A stretch of 64,000 nucleotides of DNA from NCBI GenBank assembly GCA_963765495.1, contig CAVXWP010000007.1, positions 32,001 through 96,000 on the forward strand, written 5' to 3'. The position numbers and the translations under genes are program-made. The notes below the pieces were generated by a model that saw only the letters and a list, made by a program, of their open reading frames with translations, searched no databases and was not told the origin of the DNA. The DNA comes from Blastocatellia bacterium (GTDB lineage: Bacteria > Acidobacteriota > Blastocatellia > UBA7656). The number at the start of each line of letters is the position of its first letter. Positions within the stretch are counted from its first letter, which is position 1. Below are positions 61,853 through 64,000 of the stretch, piece after piece.

Positions 61853-63166
61853 TTAAGGTTTCAAACGGTAGAGCATTCGCGGAAAGGGAATCGCCTCGCG
61901 AATGTGCTCGATCCCGCAAAGCCAGCCAGTGCATCGCTCGATTCCCATCCCGAATCCTCCGTGAGGGAACGTGCCGTACTTGCGCAAATCCAGATACCAG
62001 TCGAATGCCTCTTCGGGCAGGTTGTGCTCGTGTATCTGTTTGAGCAGATAATCGAGGTCTTCGGCGCGCTGGCCTCCGCCTATGACTTCGCCGTAGCCTT
62101 CGGGCGCAAGCACGTCTACGCACATGGCGAGTTCCGCCCTCTCAGGGTCGGGCTTCATATAAAACGCCTTGACCGCCGCCGGGTAGCGATGCACTATCAC
62201 GGGCCGGTCGTACTGGCTAGATATATAAGTCTCATCCGGCGCGCCGAAATCTCCGCCCCATTCAAATCGGGTCTCCAACTCGCCTTTCTCGAATCCTTCG
62301 TGAAGCAGTTTTACAGCGTCATCGTATTGAAGACGGGGGAACGGTTTTTGAATCTTTTCCAGCTTGGATATGTCCCGCTCAAGTTCATCAAGTTCCTTGC
62401 GCCGGTTCTCAAGCACGCGATGAGCGATAAAGGTGAGAAAATCTTCGGCCAGTTCCATTATGTCGTTCAGGTCGGCGTAAGCCACCTCGGGCTCGACCAT
62501 CCAGAACTCGGTCAGGTGGCGACGGGTCTTCGACTTTTCGGCGCGAAAGGTCGGGCCGAAACAGTAGACTTTGCCAAAGGCGGCGGCGGTCGCTTCGTTA
62601 TAAAGCTGACCCGACTGCGTGAGATAAGCCATGCTATCTTCGAAATAGGGAACGCCGAAAAGCGTGGTTGTGCCTTCGCAGGCAGCGGGCGTAAATATCG
62701 GCGTGTCCATCAGCAGAAACCCGTGCGAGTCGAAATAATCACGGACGGCGCGGATGACTTCGGCCCGCACCGAAAGAATGGCGTGCTGGCGGCGGCTTCG
62801 CAACCACAGGTGGCGGTGATCCATCAAAAACTCTACGCCGTGGTCTTTCAGAGTGATGGGATAGGCATCTGCCGTCTGTATGACCTCAACTCCTGTTACG
62901 TCGAGTTCGTAACCGCCCGGCGCTCTCTCGTCTGCGCGGACACTGCCTCGTACGATGAGGGAAGACTCCTGAGTCAGTTTTTCAAAATCGTCCCAGACCT
63001 GCTCGGAAACATTTTTCTTGAAGACGACTCCCTGAATTATCCCCGAGCCGTCGCGTATCTGTGGAAAGATCAGCTTGCCGCTCGACCGTTTGTTGTAGAG
63101 CCAGCCCTTTATTGTGACTTCCTGCCCGACGTGCTCCGATACGTCCTTGATGTAGGTTTGATCCAT
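61853..63166 (-). CDS. asnS: Asparagine-tRNA ligase
   Basis: [55 protein letters not shown]. Confidence 0.97.
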   Translation of the reverse strand: MDQTYIKDVSEHVGQEVTIKGWLYNKRSSGKLIFPQIRDGSGIIQGVVFKKNVSEQVWDDFEKLTQESSLIVRGSVRADERAPGGYELDVTGVEVIQTADAYPITLKDHGVEFLMDHRHLWLRSRRQHAILSVRAEVIRAVRDYFDSHGFLLMDTPIFTPAACEGTTTLFGVPYFEDSMAYLTQSGQLYNEATAAAFGKVYCFGPTFRAEKSKTRRHLTEFWMVEPEVAYADLNDIMELAEDFLTFIAHRVLENRRKELDELERDISKLEKIQKPFPRLQYDDAVKLLHEGFEKGELETRFEWGGDFGAPDETYISSQYDRPVIVHRYPAAVKAFYMKPDPERAELAMCVDVLAPEGYGEVIGGGQRAEDLDYLLKQIHEHNLPEEAFDWYLDLRKYGTFPHGGFGMGIERCTGWLCGIEHIREAIPFPRMLYRLKP

Positions 63167-63254
63167 GTTCGCTCCTGGTATTCGAATTCAACTGATTATC
63201 CTACTACAGCGGTCGAGACAAAAAAAAGCAGCGAGCGTGATGCGTGAAAAAAAC

Positions 63255-63335
63255 TTTGACAGGACTAACAGGATTAACTGGATTTTTCCAGGCTATATTC
63301 AAGAAACTTGTGAACCCTGTTGATCCCTACAAAAA
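63255..63335. repeat. ACAGGATT-family palindrome
   Basis: TTTGACAGGACTAACAGGATTAACTGGATT...AACTTGTGAACCCTGTTGATCCCTAC. Confidence 0.7.
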
Positions 63336-63515
63336 AAATCGATTTCCCCGGCATCACTCGGCCGGTGTAACAAGGCCGTACAATCCAACCGCTTTTTGTG
63401 TATGCGATTCGCCGTATCGGGCCAAAATCTCGGCAATTAGAGCCAAAATCCGCCTGGCACCCGGGTTGCTCTCTAGTAGCGCAGGTATTGTAAATATTTT
63501 GTTGGAGGAACAGAC

Positions 63516-63722
63516 ATGGCAGATAGAATTATAGAAGAGCATGTAGTGCACAGCGATGGCGGGTCGGGAGGCGCGCTTACGGCGCTTGCAGTGATGTTGT
63601 TTATTCTGGTCCTGGTCGCGGTGCTTTATTTTACGGGTACCTTTGGACGCATGTTCGGCTCCAAGGACACAAAGATTGACGTTAATATCAACAAGCCGGG
63701 CGTTGTTCTTCAACTCAGGTAA
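63516..63722 (+). CDS. Small single-pass membrane protein
   Basis: GGAGG RBS; G-rich linker, TM helix, DTKIDVNINKP. Confidence 0.7.
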   Translation: MADRIIEEHVVHSDGGSGGALTALAVMLFILVLVAVLYFTGTFGRMFGSKDTKIDVNINKPGVVLQLR

Positions 63723-63829
63723 ACGGAAAACCAGACAGAGCAGAAGGGGTAGCCGTGAGATGTGCGCGAGGGGGTCGTTCCCGTATGACCATTTCCTGCG
63801 GGAACGTTTCTCTCGCTTTAGGCTTCAGC

Positions 63830-64000
63830 TTAAAGCTTCAGTCGGCTCAAAAACTCCTGGTTGTTGCGCGTTTCAGCCAGCCCCTTGAGCAGTGTCTCCA
63901 TAGCGTCTACGGAATTCTTGCCCGCAAGCGCGCGGCGCAGCAGGTAAATGCCCGGCAAATCGTCCGAGTTAAATAATTTTTCTTCTTTTCGAGTGCCCGA
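63830..64000 (-). CDS. rho: C-terminus of a transcription termination factor Rho homologue (partial)
   Basis: Manual translation SGTRKEEKLF...IYLLRRAL...AMETLLKGLAETRNNQEFL matches the Rho C-terminal SGTRKEE..L / LRR.L / T..N.EFL pattern. Confidence 0.85.
   Translation of the reverse strand, partial: SGTRKEEKLFNSDDLPGIYLLRRALAGKNSVDAMETLLKGLAETRNNQEFLSRLKL

Overview
Ordinary chromosomal window, about 56-58% GC by eye. It is most likely from an Acidobacteriota genome, probably Blastocatellia-like, judging by the acidobacterial-type TonB receptor, the two VWFA paralogues and the short PheT; this taxonomy is inferred. Housekeeping blocks are infC-rpmI-rplT-pheS-X-pheT-zapB-zapA, rplU-rpmA-obgE-nadD-rsfS-(sigma54 activator)-rlmH-dksA-comF, and asnS, pdxJ, rocF, hpt and a partial rho. 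Accessory loci are a TonB/GH43/DeoR/TPR sugar locus, two two-component systems, an ECF/anti-sigma/secretin-N triad and two DUF1593 genes flanked by decayed attC-like sites. I saw no rRNA, tRNA, CRISPR array, transposase or integrase. The main observations are: (1) an SGNH-MBOAT-SGNH-ACP-KASIII envelope acylation operon in which a FabH-like enzyme stands where a DltA-type loader would be expected; (2) about 20 intergenic palindromes built from several unrelated 7-9 nt tandem-repeat families, many of which supply the stop codons of neighbouring genes; (3) dispersed microcompartment genes, with RpiB and the aldehyde dehydrogenase sharing a ~40-aa module; (4) a signal-peptide-bearing protein with kinase-like catalytic motifs; (5) non-canonical starts for infC (ATT) and nadD (CTG). 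All family assignments come from motif recognition by eye; no searches were run.
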